Source: Escherichia coli
GTDB lineage: Bacteria; Pseudomonadota; Gammaproteobacteria; Enterobacterales; Enterobacteriaceae
Strand: one strand, 5' to 3'
Assembly (NCBI RefSeq): GCF_003334785.1
Contig: NZ_QOWV01000015.1
Length of the DNA: 64,000 nt
Within the stretch, counting starts at the first letter, position 1. Every line of letters starts with the position of its first letter. A program made the translations under genes and the position numbers. The notes under the pieces are model-generated. The model searched no databases. It was not told the DNA's origin and saw only the letters and a list, made by a program, of their open reading frames with translations. Of this stretch, positions 60,040 through 64,000 are shown in pieces.

Positions 60040-61218
60040 TTAACCCTGTACTTTTACCTGTCCGGCGGCGTGCTTCGCGCGCTCAATGGCGTCAACAACA
60101 CTCTCAGCGGTCGCCAGCGCAACACCCAGACGACGGTTGCCATCAATTTCCGGCTTACCAAATAAACGAATCTGCAAATCTGCGCCTACGGCATTCTGCA
60201 CATTATCAAACGTGACATTCTGACTGGTCAGTTGTGGCAGAATAACGGCAGAAGCTGCAGGACCATACTGACGGATCCCGCCAACCGGAAGTCCGAGGAA
60301 GGCACGTACATGCAGGGCAAACTCTGAGAGATCTTGAGAAATTAACGTCACCATCCCGGTATCATGTGGACGAGGGGAGACCTCACTGAAAATCACCTCA
60401 TCACCACAGACAAACAGCTCGACACCAAACAGACCATAACCGCCCAGTGCCAGCACCACTTTACGGGCAATCTCCTGCGCACGTTCAAGGGCAAGCGGGC
60501 TCATTTGCTGTGGTTGCCAGGATTCACGGTAGTCGCCATCTTCCTGGCGATGACCTACCGGTGCACAGAAATGGACGCCATCCACCGCGCTGACGGTTAG
60601 CAAGGTAATTTCGAAGTCAAACTTAACGACGCCTTCAACAATTACGCGGCCCGCTCCGGCGCGACCGCCTTGCTGAGCGTACTTCCATGCCTGAGCAAGT
60701 TGCTCTGCAGAACGAATAAACGTCTGCCCCTTGCCGGAAGAGCTCATCACCGGTTTTACAATGCAGGGATAGCCAATGTCAGCAACCGCCTCGCGGAAAA
60801 GGCTTTCGCTATCGGCAAAACGATAAGTGGAAGTGGGCAGCTGCAGCTCTTCTGCCGCCAGGCGACGGATACCCTCGCGATTCATCGTTAATTTCGTTGC
60901 GCGAGCGCAGGGGACAACATTCAGTCCTTCCTCTTCAAGTTGGATCAGCATATCGGTGGCAATAGCTTCGATCTCCGGCACGATATAATGTGGTTTTTCC
61001 AGTTCAACCACACGGCGTAATGCATCACCATCAAGCATATTAATGATATGGGAGCGATGCGCGACATGCATGGCTGGTGCGTCGGCATAGCGATCGACAG
61101 CAATCACCTCTACGCCGAGACGCTGACACTCGATTGCCACTTCTTTACCCAGTTCACCGGAGCCTAATAACATCACGCGAGTTGCTGCCGGACGCAGCGC
61201 AGTGCCTAATAACGTCAT
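60040..61218 (-). CDS. purT: Formate-dependent GAR transformylase PurT
   Basis: 392-aa ATP-grasp ORF recognised as PurT. Confidence 0.96.
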   Translation of the reverse strand: MTLLGTALRPAATRVMLLGSGELGKEVAIECQRLGVEVIAVDRYADAPAMHVAHRSHIINMLDGDALRRVVELEKPHYIVPEIEAIATDMLIQLEEEGLNVVPCARATKLTMNREGIRRLAAEELQLPTSTYRFADSESLFREAVADIGYPCIVKPVMSSSGKGQTFIRSAEQLAQAWKYAQQGGRAGAGRVIVEGVVKFDFEITLLTVSAVDGVHFCAPVGHRQEDGDYRESWQPQQMSPLALERAQEIARKVVLALGGYGLFGVELFVCGDEVIFSEVSPRPHDTGMVTLISQDLSEFALHVRAFLGLPVGGIRQYGPAASAVILPQLTSQNVTFDNVQNAVGADLQIRLFGKPEIDGNRRLGVALATAESVVDAIERAKHAAGQVKVQG

Positions 61219-61254
61219 AACGAATATCCCCTGATTAATTCCGCGCGCAGTATA

Positions 61255-61272
61255 AACGAAAACGTTTGCGCG
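61255..61272. promoter_or_regulatory. PurR box in the purT promoter
   Basis: cgaaaacgtttgcgcg; its reverse complement CGCAAACGTTTTCG matches the PurR operator consensus. Confidence 0.7.
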
Positions 61273-61314
61273 TGTCTTTATTGCTGATGTTGATTTCTCA
61301 ACCGAAAAGAAATA

Positions 61315-61334
61315 TACTGTATAAAATCACAGTT
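61315..61334. promoter_or_regulatory. LexA (SOS) box of yebG
   Basis: tactgtataaaatcacagtt = CTGT-N8-ACAG, immediately upstream of yebG. Confidence 0.8.
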
Positions 61335-61351
61335 ATTATGAGAGGCTGCAA

Positions 61352-61642
61352 ATGGCGGTTGAAGTTAAATACGTAGTCATTCGTGAGGGCGAAGAGAAAA
61401 TGTCGTTTACCAGCAAAAAGGAAGCCGATGCTTATGATAAAATGCTTGATACGGCGGATCTGCTTGACACCTGGCTGACAAATTCTCCAGTGCAAATGGA
61501 AGACGAGCAACGTGAAGCCCTTTCGCTATGGCTGGCAGAACAAAAAGATGTGCTGAGCACCATTCTGAAAACCGGCAAATTACCGTCCCCACAGGTCGTC
61601 GGTGCTGAATCCGAAGAGGAAGATGCCTCACACGCGGCCTGA
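61352..61642 (+). CDS. yebG: DNA damage-inducible protein YebG
   Basis: 96-aa ORF recognised as YebG. Confidence 0.92.
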   Translation: MAVEVKYVVIREGEEKMSFTSKKEADAYDKMLDTADLLDTWLTNSPVQMEDEQREALSLWLAEQKDVLSTILKTGKLPSPQVVGAESEEEDASHAA

Positions 61643-61660
61643 AGCAACTTGCGCTCCTGA

Positions 61661-62065
<405 letters not shown>

Positions 62066-62391
62066 TGGCTTCTGATAATTCGATTGACCGTTGGCGGATG
62101 CGGCGCGAGTGCCTTGTCCGCCCCAGAACGCACCACAATCGTAGGCCTGAGAAGACGCAACAGCGTCGCATCGGGCAATCAGCATCAAACAATGCCACTC
62201 AAAACGACAAACTACTTTCACCTAAAATACCCTTATCACCTGATATACAGTAAATACCTTACCTGGCGCGAATTTCTTTGAATAACGGCCTACCGCCCCG
62301 CTTATTTGCGCATCTTTTGTCTCGATATACATTTTCTGACATCCTCATCCGCTATGCTACAGGCACTAAAAATGGTTATTGAGGAGCAAAT

Positions 62392-63051
62392 ATGGCTAAC
62401 TGGTTAAATCAACTGCAATCCCTGCTTGGGCAAAGCAGTTCTTCTACCTCCTCGTCTGCGGATCAGGGATTGGGCAAACTGTTAGTACCAGGCGCATTAG
62501 GCGGACTGGCTGGGCTGCTGGTCGCAAATAAATCAGCACGTAAACTTCTTACGAAATATGGCACCAACGCGTTACTGGTTGGCGGCGGAGCGGTAGCGGG
62601 TACGGTGCTGTGGAATAAATACAAAGATAAAATTCGCGCGGCGCATCAGGACGAACCGCAGTTTGGCGCGCAAAGTACGCCGCTGGATGAGCGTACAGAA
62701 CGTTTGATCCTTGCGCTGGTCTTTGCCGCTAAAAGTGATGGTCATATTGATGCCAAAGAACGTGCGGCAATCGACCAGCAATTGCGTGAAGCCGGCGTGG
62801 AAGAGCAGGGGCGTGTACTCATTGAGCAGGCAATCGAACAACCGCTGGATCCACAACGCCTGGCTACCGGGGTCCGCAATGAAGAAGAGGCGCTGGAAAT
62901 CTATTTCCTGAGTTGCGCGGCTATTGATATTGACCATTTTATGGAACGCAGTTACCTGAATGCACTGGGTGACGCGCTGAAAATCCCCCAGGATGTTCGT
63001 GACGGCATTGAACGCGATCTCGAACAGCAAAAACGCACTTTGGCGGAATAA
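62392..63051 (+). CDS. yebE: DUF533-family inner membrane protein YebE
   Basis: 219-aa ORF recognised as YebE. Confidence 0.9.
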   Translation: MANWLNQLQSLLGQSSSSTSSSADQGLGKLLVPGALGGLAGLLVANKSARKLLTKYGTNALLVGGGAVAGTVLWNKYKDKIRAAHQDEPQFGAQSTPLDERTERLILALVFAAKSDGHIDAKERAAIDQQLREAGVEEQGRVLIEQAIEQPLDPQRLATGVRNEEEALEIYFLSCAAIDIDHFMERSYLNALGDALKIPQDVRDGIERDLEQQKRTLAE

Positions 63052-63232
63052 TTCCGCTCTCTGGATAGCCTGAAGTTGACTATTTCGGGCTATCCAGAAC
63101 CGCACAGCCATTTGAACAGGTTGATTTTCTCTGTCTGCATAACATTCGATATCCGCGCCATTACCTGTCATCATCTAAGCAATGACGACCCTGTTTCGCT
63201 TGCATCCCCGGTGAGTTTTGCCACCCTTATAA

Positions 63233-64000
<768 letters not shown>

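Overview
This window reads as a conserved Escherichia coli core-chromosome segment, colinear with the K-12 yecA-to-ptrB region in reverse orientation. I found no convincing novel or undescribed system; nearly every ORF is a recognisable housekeeping, flagellar or chemotaxis gene. Gene order is: yecA, tyrP, yecH, ftnA, yecR, azuC, yecJ, ftnB, araFGH, otsBA, uspC, flhDC, motAB-cheAW, tar-tap-cheRBYZ, flhBAE, yecT, argS, yecM, cutC, torYZ, cmoBA, yecN, yecE, yecD, aspS, nudB, yebC, ruvC, yebB, ruvAB, znuBC/znuA, mepM, lpxM, pykA, hexR, zwf, edd-eda, purT, yebG, yebF, yebE and the start of ptrB. Two things deviate from that backbone. First, the leftmost ~870 bp holds a 5'-truncated tRNA-Leu (leuZ-type) fragment next to a degenerate IS3-family transposase, which looks like the right junction of an element integrated at leuZ and extending off the window. 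Second, torZ carries an in-frame TAG where a Trp codon is expected, so it is probably a pseudogene. The uspC-flhD regulatory region carries no IS insertion. All identifications rest on reading the translations and motifs by eye; no database search or alignment was run.
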